The notes: generated by a model from the sequence alone, not told the origin. A stretch of DNA of 64,000 bases from an uncultured Phycisphaerales bacterium (GCA_963755915.1 CAVWLP010000002.1:4576001-4640000), one strand, 5' to 3'. Counted from the first letter of the stretch, positions 45,820-57,283 are shown. Program-made: numbers and translations.

Positions 45820-46821
45820 TCACACCCTCGACCTTGTCCGCAGCAGGAGCCATAGAAAAACAGGCCCGCCCATCAGGCCTGTCAGGACTCCCACCGGCAA
45901 AAGACTCGCCAGGAGTCCCTCGGCGCTTAGATACCGCGAAAGCGCATCAGCCCCCATCAGCAGAATCGCACCGATGGCGGTCGAAATCGGCAGAAGCCGC
46001 CGCTGGTCGGTGCCGACGATCAGCCGCGCCACATGCGGGCACACCAGGCCCACGAACCCGATCGGCCCGCTGATCGCCACGGCCGCCGCGGTGACCAGCG
46101 ATGCCGCGACCAGCGCGATCCACCGCAGGCGATGAATGCGCACCCCCATCGACTCCGCCTCGCCGTCATCCAGCACGGCCACGTTAAGCTGCCCCGCAAA
46201 ATAGAGCAGGACTGCCCACCCCACGGCAATCAGCACCGTCGCCACAACCCGCTGCTCGCGGGTAATCGCCTGAATCCCCCCCACCAGAAACCCCATCGGC
46301 CCCCCATTTCCCGGCAGTTGCTCAACCAGCGCATTGACCAGCAGAAACAGCGAGCCATTCACCGCATTCACAATCACCCCCACCAGCAGCAACGTCACGG
46401 GCTCCAGCCGCCCGCGCCGCCCGGCAATCCCCAGGACAATCGCCACCGCCCCCAACGCCCCCACAAACGCCGCCGACTCCTGGCTCAGCGGCGCGAGCAT
46501 TCCCAGCCCCTTGGCCACCGCCGCGAAGACGGGAAGCTGCCAGAGATACGCCACCAGCGACGCGCCACTGCTGACGCCAAGCAAATAGGGATCCGCCAGG
46601 GGATTTCGCAGAATCGCCTGATAAGCCACCCCAGCCGCCGCCAGGGCCGCGCCGATCAGAGCCGCGTCGATGACGGATTCCGCCCGAAATTGCCAGATTT
46701 CCCCGGACGGCCAACCGAATCCATTGGACCCCACACAAATCGCCACCGCCATTCCCGCAGCCACGCAAGCCGCGCACGCGATCAGGGTCACAGCCAATCT
46801 TTGCGCGCTCCAGCGGTTCAT
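45820..46821 (-). CDS. FecCD/BtuC-family ABC permease
   Basis: QAILRNPLADPYLLGVSSGA, AESMGV, ISGPIGFVGLVCPH, LPVGVLTGLMGGPVF. Confidence 0.92.
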   Translation of the reverse strand: MNRWSAQRLAVTLIACAACVAAGMAVAICVGSNGFGWPSGEIWQFRAESVIDAALIGAALAAAGVAYQAILRNPLADPYLLGVSSGASLVAYLWQLPVFAAVAKGLGMLAPLSQESAAFVGALGAVAIVLGIAGRRGRLEPVTLLLVGVIVNAVNGSLFLLVNALVEQLPGNGGPMGFLVGGIQAITREQRVVATVLIAVGWAVLLYFAGQLNVAVLDDGEAESMGVRIHRLRWIALVAASLVTAAAVAISGPIGFVGLVCPHVARLIVGTDQRRLLPISTAIGAILLMGADALSRYLSAEGLLASLLPVGVLTGLMGGPVFLWLLLRTRSRV

Positions 46822-46879
46822 CCGGTCCCAGCTTTTTACCCCCAACGATGCCGCGATGCGAATGAATGCAGGCCTCACG

Positions 46880-48852
46880 GTAGAGTAGAGAACTGAACGA
46901 CCCGATTGCCGCTCAGCTCTCCCTCTTCGAACCGGACGAGCGGGTTTCCCGCATCCGGCTCTCACGGTATTGTTCTTCTCAAGCATTCACGGTCGGAACA
47001 GGTCGCAGGCTGATGAGGCCCAGACGCTGCAACTGTTCGTACCAGCTCCTCGCTCCGCGCACACGGAACGGACGCTGGCTGCGACGTTTAAGGTGTCGTT
47101 CCAGTCGCTCCTGCACAAATCGGTTGATCTGACGGAACGCCTTGCGCGGATAGCCTTTGCCGAAGTAGTTGGCCCATCCTCTCAGGTGCTCGTTGATCTG
47201 TACGATCAACGCCGGGATGGGCACAAAGCCTGCTTCGGGTCCGGTCATCTCCCGCAATTTGTCCCGCTCACGCTGCATCGACTTGCTCGAAGGACAGAGG
47301 TTCAGATAACGCCCCGGCCCGCCTTGCAGGCTCCGGTCGTACCGGAACCTGTACCCGAGAAAGTTCAGACTTTCGCCCGGCTCTTTCAACTTCACCGTGC
47401 GGGTCTTGTCGGTGTTGATCGTCAGATCAAACCGGCCTTGCAGCGTGCGTTCCACGAACTGCTTGATCTGAGGGCCTATATACCTTGCCATGATGACAAA
47501 GTCGTCGGCGTACCGGATCAGCCGGGCGTTCGCCCAGCGATGCGGGCCATCGGATCGGTGGAACAATTTATCAAACCAGTGCAGATATAGGTTGGCCAGC
47601 AGCGGCGAGATCACTCCGCCCTGCGGCGTTCCCTGTTTGCTCCGGGTGACTTTCGGTGGATCGCCGGGCTTCTCGCCTTCTTCGACGATCACCGCCTTCA
47701 GCCACATCCGGATCAGCTTCAGCACGCTTCCGTCCGTGATCCGCTTCTGGACACACGCCATCAGTTTCTCATGGGGAATCGTGTCGAAGTACGACTGCAA
47801 ATCCGCGTCATACACTTCCCTTCGGCCCTGCTGGAGGTTTTGCTTGATCGCCTCCAGCGCATCGTGAGCCGAGCGACCGGGACGGAATCCATACGAACAG
47901 TCCAGGAAATCCGCCTCGAAGATCGGCTCGATGAGCAGCAGCACCGCCATCTGCACCACGCGATCTCGGATCGTGGGGATGCCCAATGGACGCCGCTTGC
48001 CGTTGGCTTTGGGAATGTACACGCGCTTCACCGGCTGCGGGCGGTAGGTGCGGGTCTTGAGCGATTCTTCGATCTCGCTCAGGAATCCACTGACGCCGTG
48101 CTCGGAGTTTTGCACCTTCTCGATGCTCACCCCGTCCAAGCCGGGCGCCCCGCCGTTGGCGGACACCCGGTCCCACGCCGCTTCCAGAACATCGCGCCGG
48201 CAGATCCGGTCGTACAAGGTGTAAAACCGAAACCCCGGTTCCCGCTTGGCTTTGAGGTATAGCTTCTGTCTCAGAAGAAAGACTTTCCCCGGCAGACCCC
48301 TGGAGTTCACCCTCAGGTGCTCCGGCAAGTCTGTCGGATCATCCGTACTGTCAGGTTGTCCCTGCAAGCGGGCCTCTCTTCTTCTTACTTCCGCTCGATA
48401 CCGTCAGGGCTCCTTGGCTCGCGGCAGGCTTCGCCTCCGCTCACGGGCATTACCCCGCTTCTCAGCTACTATGAGCCCATCCGACTCCCCACGCTTCCCG
48501 TCCCTTGGTTATGTCTTTCCAACGAGCCGCACAACGATGCGTGGGGTCTCTCAGTTCCCGATCTTGTCTGTCGGCACGCGCCGTCCCCATCGACCCCGAG
48601 GAGCCGGACGATTGCTCGCACCCGCTGCTTCATCGTCCGCGCCGGCTTGGCCCTCTCTGACGGGTTGGCCACTCCCATTGGCGTAACGAGGCTGGTTTGG
48701 GTTCGCTTAACGCTACGGCTCGCGCCTTCGCCTTCCGGGGCTTCGCGCGACCGATTGCTCCGTCGTCACGCCCGGGCGGCTACACGGCTAACGGGTCATT
48801 CCATGGTGAACTCCTTTCAGTTCACAAGACAAAACCGGTTTCACTGACGCAC
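46880..48852 (-). mobile_element. Complete group II intron
   Basis: 5' GTGCG at 48852; domain V GAGCCGGATGCGGGAAACCCGCTCGTCCGGTTC (46961-46929); domain VI hairpin; 3' end CTCTAC at 46880; internal RT ORF. Confidence 0.93.
46979..48367 (-). CDS. ltrA: Group II intron reverse transcriptase/maturase without an endonuclease domain
   Basis: [53 protein letters not shown]; domain X LRGWANYF; no HNH. Confidence 0.95.
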   Translation of the reverse strand: MQGQPDSTDDPTDLPEHLRVNSRGLPGKVFLLRQKLYLKAKREPGFRFYTLYDRICRRDVLEAAWDRVSANGGAPGLDGVSIEKVQNSEHGVSGFLSEIEESLKTRTYRPQPVKRVYIPKANGKRRPLGIPTIRDRVVQMAVLLLIEPIFEADFLDCSYGFRPGRSAHDALEAIKQNLQQGRREVYDADLQSYFDTIPHEKLMACVQKRITDGSVLKLIRMWLKAVIVEEGEKPGDPPKVTRSKQGTPQGGVISPLLANLYLHWFDKLFHRSDGPHRWANARLIRYADDFVIMARYIGPQIKQFVERTLQGRFDLTINTDKTRTVKLKEPGESLNFLGYRFRYDRSLQGGPGRYLNLCPSSKSMQRERDKLREMTGPEAGFVPIPALIVQINEHLRGWANYFGKGYPRKAFRQINRFVQERLERHLKRRSQRPFRVRGARSWYEQLQRLGLISLRPVPTVNA

Positions 48853-48982
48853 CAGAGGCGCTGAGGCGCGGAGAATCAGAGGAGAATTGACATTGAAATA
48901 TTTTGCCTCGAACACCATCGACGCGGGAAATCCCCACTCGCCATTGCTATCTCCCTCCCCACCTCCGCGCCTCTGCGTGAGA

Positions 48983-49879
48983 TCATCCCCCCGGATGCAA
49001 AAGTGCGGCCATCTTCCCCGCCAACTCGCCCACTCCAAATCCCGGCATCTCCCCGTCCCAATCGGTAATCACGTAAACCCGATGATTTTTCACTGCCGGC
49101 AAATCTCCCATCGTTTGCCAAGCCTGGTCCCCCGATTCGACCACCTGCGGCTTGCGATCCCCATCGGGCACGAGCCGGATCACGACCTCGGGCTTCAGTG
49201 TCATGATCATCTCCCGATCCACCTCCGCATAGGGCTCTCCCAGCCCCGCGGCGGCATTCTCGCCACCGGCGATGCGCAGAATCTCATCCAAGAATTCCCC
49301 CGGCCCCGCGACGCCGAAGCCTGATGAATCGCTCGTCACCACGAGCGTCTTCACCGGCGGCAACCCCTTCACGCGCTCCTTCACCTCTTGCAATTTTTCG
49401 CGCAGCTTGGTCGCCGCCAACTCTCCTGCCGCCGGATCCCCGATCGAGCGGCCCAATTCGGTCATGGCCGCACAAATCTCATCAATCGTATCCAGCTTCA
49501 AATTCACGATCCGAATCCCCATCTGGGCACACCGCTGGGGAATAAACCCCGGCAACCGATCCGGCGCGTATTGCAGCACCAGAAGATTCGCCCCGCATTC
49601 GGAGAGTTTTTCCCAATCGATATTCTGGTAATCCCCAACCCGCAGGCGTCCCGAAACCCCCTCCCGATCATCATCATAATTGCTCACCCCCACAATTCGA
49701 TCGCCCTCCCCCATCGCCACCAGCAGACTCGTCCCAGCCGGCGTAATCGAGGCGATCCTGACCCCGGGCAAGCTCCGCGGCGGCTGAACCCCAGTTCCGT
49801 GGAAGGTCATCAGCGCCGCCGCCCCTGCCACCAGGGCCAGCGCGAACGCGAATATCCCCGCGACTCGAGGTTGACCCAT
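48983..49879 (-). CDS. Helical-backbone metal-chelate (cobalamin/siderophore) ABC substrate-binding protein
   Basis: RIASITPAGT, IVGVSNY, FLDEILRIAGGEN, LPAVKNHRVY. Confidence 0.85.
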   Translation of the reverse strand: MGQPRVAGIFAFALALVAGAAALMTFHGTGVQPPRSLPGVRIASITPAGTSLLVAMGEGDRIVGVSNYDDDREGVSGRLRVGDYQNIDWEKLSECGANLLVLQYAPDRLPGFIPQRCAQMGIRIVNLKLDTIDEICAAMTELGRSIGDPAAGELAATKLREKLQEVKERVKGLPPVKTLVVTSDSSGFGVAGPGEFLDEILRIAGGENAAAGLGEPYAEVDREMIMTLKPEVVIRLVPDGDRKPQVVESGDQAWQTMGDLPAVKNHRVYVITDWDGEMPGFGVGELAGKMAALLHPGG

Positions 49880-49981
49880 GCCGCGCGCATGGTAGATTTA
49901 GCAAAAATACCTGTCAAACCGCGCCCGTTGGGAACCGGGCCGCGGAAATCGAATGGGTGACTGACGCGCATGGAGGCCTTG

Positions 49982-50710
49982 ATGCCCGAAACTGAAACAT
50001 TTCTCAATCGCATTACGCGAATCTTCAAACGCCCGCAGAGCCCCACCGGCAACGGCGACCACGATGCGCCGTCCGAATCCGTCTCCGTCGAAACAAATCC
50101 ACTGACTCTGCGCCCCTGGCGAAAAAATAGCGCTGCCATCGCCCAGCTCCAGGACGGCTTTCGTTCGCTGGCGGACCTCATGGACGAAATCCGCCAGAAC
50201 ATGGTCGCCCAGGGCCGCCGGCAGGACGAACTCATCGGCTACCTTGCCGCTCTTCCCAAGCTCATGGAATCGATCCCCGAAACCGGCCGGCTGCAGGGCG
50301 AAACCCTCAAAGCCATCCAAACCCAGCTCCAGCGGCAAACCGATCAGCAGGAAACCCTGGGCGAAATCCTGGAAAAAATGTCCGAATCCGGCGCCGACCA
50401 GAAGGAGCTGCTCGACGGCCTGCGCGAACGCGTCGAAACCCTCAACGAGCAGGACAAGTCGATGGCCGACAGTCTGGGCTCGGTAAGTGCCGCCCTGGAG
50501 CAGGCCAGCCGCCACTCCGCGGCCGGCACCCAGGTTCTGCAAAATCTGCACGAGGGGTTCAAATCCAGGGACACCGATCTGCAGGACATCCTGCAGCGCC
50601 AGAACTCGCGCTTCACGATTCTGCTTGTCACTGCGATCTGCATCTCGGTCGCCGCCCTCGGCGCTGTAGGCGCCCTGGCCTACATGCTCCTGCGCCAAGA
50701 GCTGAAGAAG
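49982..50710 (+). CDS. Coiled-coil protein with a C-terminal TM helix (in frame with the downstream GT domain)
   Basis: Q/E/L heptad-rich; TM ILLVTAICISVAALGAVGALAYMLL; SD GGAGG before ATG 49982. No stop before the next domain. Confidence 0.6.
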
Positions 50711-51571
50711 ATGCTCTTCAACCTCGTCCACGTCGTTCCCGATTACCGCTATCACGGGATGTTCGGCTATCGCGAGGTCATCGAAACCGTGGCCTGGGGT
50801 CTGACCGAGCTAGGCCACCCCGCCAACTTCACGCTCAATTCTTTTTCCAATCAGGACCGCCGAAACATCATTGTCGGCGGTCACGTCATGGCTCCGCAAC
50901 AACTCCAGCAGCTTCCCCCCGAAACCATCTTCTACAATCTTGAACAGATCCGCGGCCTTGAGTCCAGGCAACTCAAACCCACAGTCCGCCTGATCGCAGA
51001 GCGCTTCAACGTCTGGGACTACAACGAGGGAAACGTCCAGACCTGGCGGCAGATCAATTCAAATCTCACGCCTGCCCTCGTCCCCATCGGCTGGTACCCG
51101 GGCCTGAATCGCATCCCAAAACGACCGGATGAAGACATCGACATCCTCTTCTATGGCCGCGCCAGCAGCGGACGTTTCGAAATCCTCGAACATCTCTGCC
51201 ACGCCGGCCTTAGAGTCATGTACGTCAGCGGCTTCTACGGCCCCAAGCGTGACGAGCTGATTTCCCGCGCCAAAATCGTCCTCAATCTCAACCTTTACCA
51301 GCCGACGCGCGTCTTCGAAGTCGTCCGCGTCTCCTACCTCCTGGCGAACGAAAAGGCGATTGTCTCCGACATCTATCCGGAGACCGACATCGAGCCCGAC
51401 CTGAAGGAGGCCTGCGCGTTCGTCCCCCGCGAAAAAATCCTCGAGGAATGCACCCGCCTCCTCCACGACAACAGCGCCCGCGCCGACCTCGCCCGTCGAG
51501 GCCGGCAGATCATCGAAAAACGCGACATCCGCGAAATTCTGCGCCCGATTCTTGGCTCGTTGAAGGCTTAA
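50711..51571 (+). CDS. Putative glycosyltransferase (CgeB/Glyco_trans_1_2-like C-terminal domain)
   Basis: DIDILFYG, YGPKRDELISRAKIVLNL, FEVVRVSYLLAN; internal ATG at 50711. Confidence 0.65.
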   Translation: MLFNLVHVVPDYRYHGMFGYREVIETVAWGLTELGHPANFTLNSFSNQDRRNIIVGGHVMAPQQLQQLPPETIFYNLEQIRGLESRQLKPTVRLIAERFNVWDYNEGNVQTWRQINSNLTPALVPIGWYPGLNRIPKRPDEDIDILFYGRASSGRFEILEHLCHAGLRVMYVSGFYGPKRDELISRAKIVLNLNLYQPTRVFEVVRVSYLLANEKAIVSDIYPETDIEPDLKEACAFVPREKILEECTRLLHDNSARADLARRGRQIIEKRDIREILRPILGSLKA

Positions 51572-51579
51572 TTCGGTTT

Positions 51580-52696
51580 TCAATAGGGAAAAAACCGCTT
51601 CAGCGAATTGATCGGACGCTCGACCAAAAACCACGACACCGACGCCAGCCCCACCGACACCGCGAACATCACCACCGGCCGATACGGCATCGGCATCTCA
51701 TGCTGCGGGCTCAGCCCCAGCGCATGATTCACCATCCACGGCACAAAATTGTGAATCAAGTAAATGCCATAACTGATCACCCCCAGATAGACCAGCGGCC
51801 CAAACCGCAGTATCCTCCCCGCCACTCCTCCAAACCCCTCATACGCCCTGACTACCACCCACGCTCCCCACAGCGCAACCGAAAACCCGAACGGCACCGC
51901 CCACAGCGCCGAATGACTGAAATGCCCGCCCACGGCGTCAGCCAGAAAAATCACCAACCCCGCCACTCCAAGAATCCCCGGCAGCCGGCGCCTGAGCTGC
52001 TGCCCACCCCCCATCCCCACTGTCGCCATCAGCGCCCCGATCCCCAGCGTATCGAGACATGCCGGCGTCAACACCGACGCCTGCCAGCCGTTCCCTCCTC
52101 CAAGAATAATCATCAGTCGGAACAACGGCCCAACCACAATCGCCGCGACAATCGTCGGGACAAGAAATCTTCGCGGCAAAAATAGCATGAGCAGCGGCCA
52201 AACCAGGTAAAACTGCTCCTCGACCGCCAGCGACCAGAGATGCGTCACGTAATAATTCCCCGTCCCCAAGCGGAAAAAATAGACGTTCGAGAGGTAGCTC
52301 AGATGCCACTCCACGCTTTGCCGCATCTGTTTAACCCCGAGCAGCCAGGTCGCGAGGATCACCAGGTAATAGGCCGGAAAAATCCGCAGAAACCGCCGCG
52401 CATAAAAGTTCAGCAGAACGTGTCCCCGCGATTCTCCATTCCGTTGCGCTTCCTCGCGCCCGCAGCAAAATCCCGGTGATCAGAAACCCGCTGATGACAA
52501 AAAACACCCGCACCCCGACCGACCCCAGCTCCAGCCACTCCGTAGAACCCGGATCGAAATGCTGGATCATCACCAGGATCACGGCGATCGCCCTGATCGC
52601 ATCGAGTTGAACCCGATGGCCGCCGCGAGGTGCGCCGTCTAGCGAAATCGCCGGCTGCGTCCCTTCAGCTCCAGACACAGGGCTAACCGTAGACAT
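51580..52696 (-). CDS. Acyltransferase-3 (OafA-like) O-acyltransferase (frameshift near 52430)
   Basis: QLDAIRAIAV, GVRVFFVISGFLIT, HLWSLAVEEQFY, GVISYGIYLIH, SWFLVERP. Confidence 0.9.
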
Positions 52697-52856
52697 CGTT
52701 AATCTGGTTGAACTAATCTGGGCGAACTTTATTGATCGCACCGGCGTCAAACGCCGCGGGCCCATACCCTACTCGCAGGGCCGAAACCGTACCATCAATT
52801 TCGGTCTTTTCCAGAAAAATGTCCCCGCTGCCGCGTCCGATATCCCCATCCCCTTT

Positions 52857-53771
52857 TCAAACCCCCGCACACTTCAGCCAATTTTCTATCCGCCTACCCA
52901 GCGTGTCCCTGCTCTGCCAGTCCATCGCTTGCAGCGTCCCCATCGCCATTACCGCCGCGTAAAACCAAACCGCCGTGCGCTGTGCCTCATCGGGATTCCA
53001 CATTTCCAAGAGCTGCTGTCCATAATCAGTCTCCGCCCCCTGCTCGGCGATCATCGCCACGGTCGCGCCGACCGACAAAAGCGGATCACCATAGCAGATG
53101 TAATCTACATCGATGACGCCGCGCAGCTCGCCATGCTCCACGATCACATTTTTTGCGGTCAAATCATCCAGAAACGCGACGGGTTTCACTTGCGCGAGAT
53201 ATTTCTGCATTCTGGCCCGCAGCCGATGAATCCGCGTCTGCAAATTCCCCAAGCCTGATCCGTCTTCGACGGTTATATTTTCATCAACAGTCCCAAACAT
53301 CTCGTTCCAGTTCCGAAGCGGCGCTTTCGCGCCCACCTGCGCCCAGCCAAATCCACCCCCGAGGGGCAGCCGCGCCATGCGCTGCTGATAGTCTACGACC
53401 TTCCTCGCGACAGAATCCGTCTGCAAATGACTCAATGCACTGAGCTCATAAATCAGGTCCCGCCCGGGAACCCAATCCAGAACAATATACGATCCACCGT
53501 CCCGGGTACGGCCGGATGCGAGCACCGACTGCACGGGCAGGCCGAGCGACCTCAGCACGTTCAGGTTGTACTTTGTATATGCGAAAGTCGCCGCGCTGGT
53601 CCCGATGCGGAGGACGATGGATTCTCCACCGGGCAGATAAATCCGGTAAATCTGCTTGCCGCTATTGCTGAGTAATTGACGAACGACGCGATCGGGCCGA
53701 ATCCCCAGCGCCTGGCGAGCCAACTCCGTGGCGGGATCCTCCCGCGCCACATCTTCCATGACAGTGGCCAT
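52857..53771 (-). CDS. APH/choline-kinase-like phosphotransferase
   Basis: FLDDLTAKNVIV, GVIDVD...GDPL. Confidence 0.72.
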   Translation of the reverse strand: MATVMEDVAREDPATELARQALGIRPDRVVRQLLSNSGKQIYRIYLPGGESIVLRIGTSAATFAYTKYNLNVLRSLGLPVQSVLASGRTRDGGSYIVLDWVPGRDLIYELSALSHLQTDSVARKVVDYQQRMARLPLGGGFGWAQVGAKAPLRNWNEMFGTVDENITVEDGSGLGNLQTRIHRLRARMQKYLAQVKPVAFLDDLTAKNVIVEHGELRGVIDVDYICYGDPLLSVGATVAMIAEQGAETDYGQQLLEMWNPDEAQRTAVWFYAAVMAMGTLQAMDWQSRDTLGRRIENWLKCAGV

Positions 53772-53953
53772 TTGTGCGATATCGACAATAACCCACAAAA
53801 AACCTTAACGACCCGCCAAATTTTCAGCGCCCTCATTGGCCCCATCCGATATACCGAGCGCCGCCTAACCCGCGGCGTCATCCTGAAAACGCCGATTTCG
53901 GGGGAACCATCATTCAGCACGCATCGAATTCGCCCACGCCCATCGCCGAACCA

Positions 53954-54589
53954 TTGCGCGATTTTTTCGCCCGCGTTGTCGTCGTCAACCTCGCCCGGCG
54001 TCCCCAGCGGCTTTTGCGCTTCAACCAGAACCTTCAAAACTGGCCCTTCAAAACCCCGCAGCGTTTCGAAGCAATCGACGGCCTCTCGGTCCCCATCCCC
54101 GCCAACTGGAAGCACGGCCCCGGCGCCTGGGGCTGCATGCTGTCGCACCGCGCGGTCCTCTCCGCCGCGATTCAGGACCATGTCTCATCCCTCTTCGTCC
54201 TCGAAGACGACGCTTTGACCGCCCCCGATTTTTCAGCGCGAGCGGCCGATTTTTTAAATCGTGTGCCTCAGGACTGGGACTGCCTCATGTTCGGCGCGGA
54301 GCACATGCGTCCGCCCACCCCGGTTTCTGCGGGAATCGTCCGCTGCGTCGCCTCCAATCGCACGCACGCCTTCGCGCTGCGCGGCAATATGATGCCAATC
54401 CTTCTTGGCTTCTGGAACCATTTTGCCACCGATCATTGCGACATCGTTCTCTCGTCTCTCATGCGCCACTTCAAGGCCTACGCACCCGACCCCTTTCTGA
54501 TCGGCCAGGACGCCGGCATCAGCGACATCACCGGGCAGCGCGAAAATGCCCGGTTCCTCCCTGATGAAATTCTCGCCGCCACCGCATGA
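53954..54589 (+). CDS. GT25-family glycosyltransferase
   Basis: VVNLARRPQR, RFEAIDG, GAWGCMLSH, VLEDDA, THAFAL. Confidence 0.85.
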   Translation: MRDFFARVVVVNLARRPQRLLRFNQNLQNWPFKTPQRFEAIDGLSVPIPANWKHGPGAWGCMLSHRAVLSAAIQDHVSSLFVLEDDALTAPDFSARAADFLNRVPQDWDCLMFGAEHMRPPTPVSAGIVRCVASNRTHAFALRGNMMPILLGFWNHFATDHCDIVLSSLMRHFKAYAPDPFLIGQDAGISDITGQRENARFLPDEILAATA

Positions 54590-55434
54590 CAAACACCCCC
54601 TTCTTCATCGTCGGGTACGAGCGCTGCGGCACGACACTTCTCGCCGCGGCGCTGGATCGTCATAGCCGGCTGGCGGTGCCTCCGGAAACGCATTTTTTCA
54701 CGGACGTCTCTCCCCCGCATCAAGCCGGGCAGACGGCCGAGCGGCAGTTCATGATCGCCCACTTTTTCCGCGGCTTCCGGACGCGCGACATGGGGCTCGA
54801 TCAGGATGCCCTCCTCGCGCGACTGAAAGAAGTCGAGCCGAGCTGGTCGAACCTCTTTGTCGAATCGCTTGGCCTTTATGCAAAATCGAAAGGCAAACTT
54901 CGCTGTGGCGAGAAGACTCCGAAACACTGGCGGTATCTGCCGGAAATCCTGCAACTCTTTCCTGAGTCCAAAGCCATCTGGGTTGTTAGGGACGGGCGGG
55001 ATGCGGTGGCGTCGATGATGAACATGCCGTGGAAGCGGCATAACAATTTGGCCCTCCACGCGATGCAATGGCGATTTGCGATGGAGAAAATGCTGGCGGC
55101 CGAGCCCAGGTTTCCCGGTCGCATCCTTCGCGTCAAGTTCGAAGACCTCGTTGCTTCACCGGAAGATGAGGTGAAACGCGCCACCGAATTCATCGACGAA
55201 TCATTCGAAGCCCGGCAACTGGACTTCACGATTCAAACCGGCGTTGTTCCCGGCTGGGAAATGGAATGGAAGAAGGGCGTATTCAGTGCCCCCGATCTCA
55301 CCCGCATCGGCGCTGCCTCCCGCGCCCTTTCCCCCACCGCACTCAACCTGCTGAATGTTCTGACGGAGGCGACGCTTCTGCGGCTCGGCTACGCTCCAGC
55401 GGCGGAGATTTCTGCATCGAGCGCTGCGGGGTGA
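54586..55434 (+). CDS. Sulfotransferase
   Basis: FIVGYERCGTTLL (5'-PSB), GEKTP, VRDGRDAVAS (3'-PB), VKFEDLV. Confidence 0.9.
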   Translation: MTNTPFFIVGYERCGTTLLAAALDRHSRLAVPPETHFFTDVSPPHQAGQTAERQFMIAHFFRGFRTRDMGLDQDALLARLKEVEPSWSNLFVESLGLYAKSKGKLRCGEKTPKHWRYLPEILQLFPESKAIWVVRDGRDAVASMMNMPWKRHNNLALHAMQWRFAMEKMLAAEPRFPGRILRVKFEDLVASPEDEVKRATEFIDESFEARQLDFTIQTGVVPGWEMEWKKGVFSAPDLTRIGAASRALSPTALNLLNVLTEATLLRLGYAPAAEISASSAAG

Positions 55435-55452
55435 GTTGCTGTTGAAGAGGTT

Positions 55453-55519
55453 TCGCGCAGAGGCGCCGAGCGCTGAGCTTAAAATCCAATTTCTCTGCGA
55501 GCACTGCGCCTCCGCGCGA
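55453..55519. repeat. CTCTGCG-family palindromic element between convergent genes
   Basis: tcgcgcagaggcgc...AT-rich spacer...gcgcctccgcgcga; same family as the intron target. Confidence 0.7.
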
Positions 55520-55598
55520 TCTACCTTTTCTTAGCTGTAAAGAGAGGAATCGTTATCCGCGAAAGCCGTGGTCCATGAATTTGCGATGTTGTTATCTA

Positions 55599-57283
55599 TT
55601 ATTTTGAAATCCAACCGCGTGGCTGCGGGGCAACTGCGCAATACAAATACACGCCCGAAGCCACCAGCAGCACCCAACCCAATCCCGGATCAACCTGCTG
55701 GGTGAAGTTCAGCAACCCCGGCCACCAGTCACGCGAAAAAAGAAGCTGGTTTTCGATCATCCCCAGCATCCCGATGATGCTCACGACGACGCCGAGCATG
55801 GCCATGCCCAGATCGATCCCCGCCAACAGCGCGGATAAACCGGCGCCCCAGATGGAGTAGCGGCCGTGCATCTGGGTGAGGACCATGAAAAAGAGAAGCC
55901 ACGGCGCGGTCATCGAGGCCAGGAAGCGGCGATTGCGCTGGCGGTCGTGGATCGCGGCGCCGATGCCGCAAAGGACGACCAGGATCGTTGAGAGCATTCG
56001 CGAGAACTGCGTGTAGCCCACGGGGATGCCAATCCAGGGTATCGTCACGGGATCGGTCGGGTGCATCGGCCAGTGATAGTAGACGCGCAGGAGGCGGGTG
56101 ATGTTGTAAGCACCGTTGCCCGTGAGCATGAAATCAAACTTTTCCGTCCCGTACTGGAAGCCGAGCCAATACCACTGCGAGCTGGCATCGAAGATGGGCA
56201 TGAGCAGATAAATGAGCAGGGCAAGAGTCATTGCGACCGTCGCCAGTTTCAACCGCGCCGGCAGCCAGCGCGCCGCGGCGAAAATTCCAATCACCGCCAT
56301 CGGTGCGGCGCGAACCAATAAGCCCGGCCCAGCAGTCCGCCAGGGCCACGCGAGAATGACGCCGGCGAGGCTCAGCCCCAGAACCCACCCCTCGCTCAGC
56401 CTGATTCGCCAGACAAACGGGACCATACATCCGATACCGATGCAGGCTGAGATCAACCACACCCACCCGGCCACTCCTACTTCCATCCACGGAAGTGCAA
56501 TGAGCATCGTTGCAGCCGCAAATCCCGCCAGAAGCTTAAATGCGTTGCCGAATCTGCCGCGCAGATCGGCCAGACTATCAACACCGGCGCAGCGAGAAGA
56601 AGCTGCCCCTTCAGCGAAGCCCCAATCGCCAGACAAACGCCGGCCCATGCCCACCAGTCGAGTGACGCGAGCAGCACCGCCTTCAGGAAAAGCGGAATTG
56701 GCCAGACATCCCACTGCGGCCAGCAGTGCCCGTCCCAGATAATCGCCGGGCTGAACCAGAAAATCACCGCCCCCAGCACCGCCGGCCAAAGTCCAGTGAG
56801 AATGTTTTTCTGTATGCCTGCCTCGCGCATGCGCCACAGGCGGATGAGCAGAAAGATCAGCACGCAGGAGGCCAGCTCGGCGCCCGTGTTGCCACCGATC
56901 ATCGGGGCGGTGAAGTCGTAGTCGTCCTGCCAGGTCGTTGCATCCGGGTAATGCACGTGCACCCAATGCCACCAGGCGCTGGCCATCACCAGCCGCAGCG
57001 GCGGGTAGTCGATCTTGCGGTTGGGATCCTCAAGTGTGCCCTGGGCATCGGCATCGTAAACATTGAACAGCCCAACGGCAGCGGATTGCCGCCCCCAATA
57101 AATGGCGTTCCCGACATCCCCCTTGAAATGAGCGCCGCTGGTGAAATCCCAGGCAGCGCGGCGCAGTTCAAGCCCGAAGTGCAGGGCGATCGCGGCAATT
57201 GCGACAGCCGCAGCGATCTGCACAAGGACGCGCCAATGCGCAAGCGATCGCAAAGCCCCGGTGTCCTTCGCGCTGGAATCCAC
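55599..57283 (-). CDS. Polytopic GT-C-like membrane glycosyltransferase (frameshift near 56560)
   Basis: IDYPPL, FSPAIIWDGHCWPQWD, LKGQ, TQMHGRY; many TM helices. Confidence 0.65.

Noticed and set aside
46822-46986. N-terminal extension of the FecCD permease shown in the ORF track
   Set aside because: It reads through intron domains V and VI; the likely start is ATG 46821.
46979-48367. RT as a retron, DGR or defence RT
   Set aside because: It has a maturase domain X, GTGCG and AC boundaries and a canonical domain V, so it is a group II intron protein.
49880-49970. Cobalamin riboswitch upstream of the BtuF-like gene
   Set aside because: The gap is only about 90 bp, is shared with a divergent gene, and has no B12-box-like sequence.
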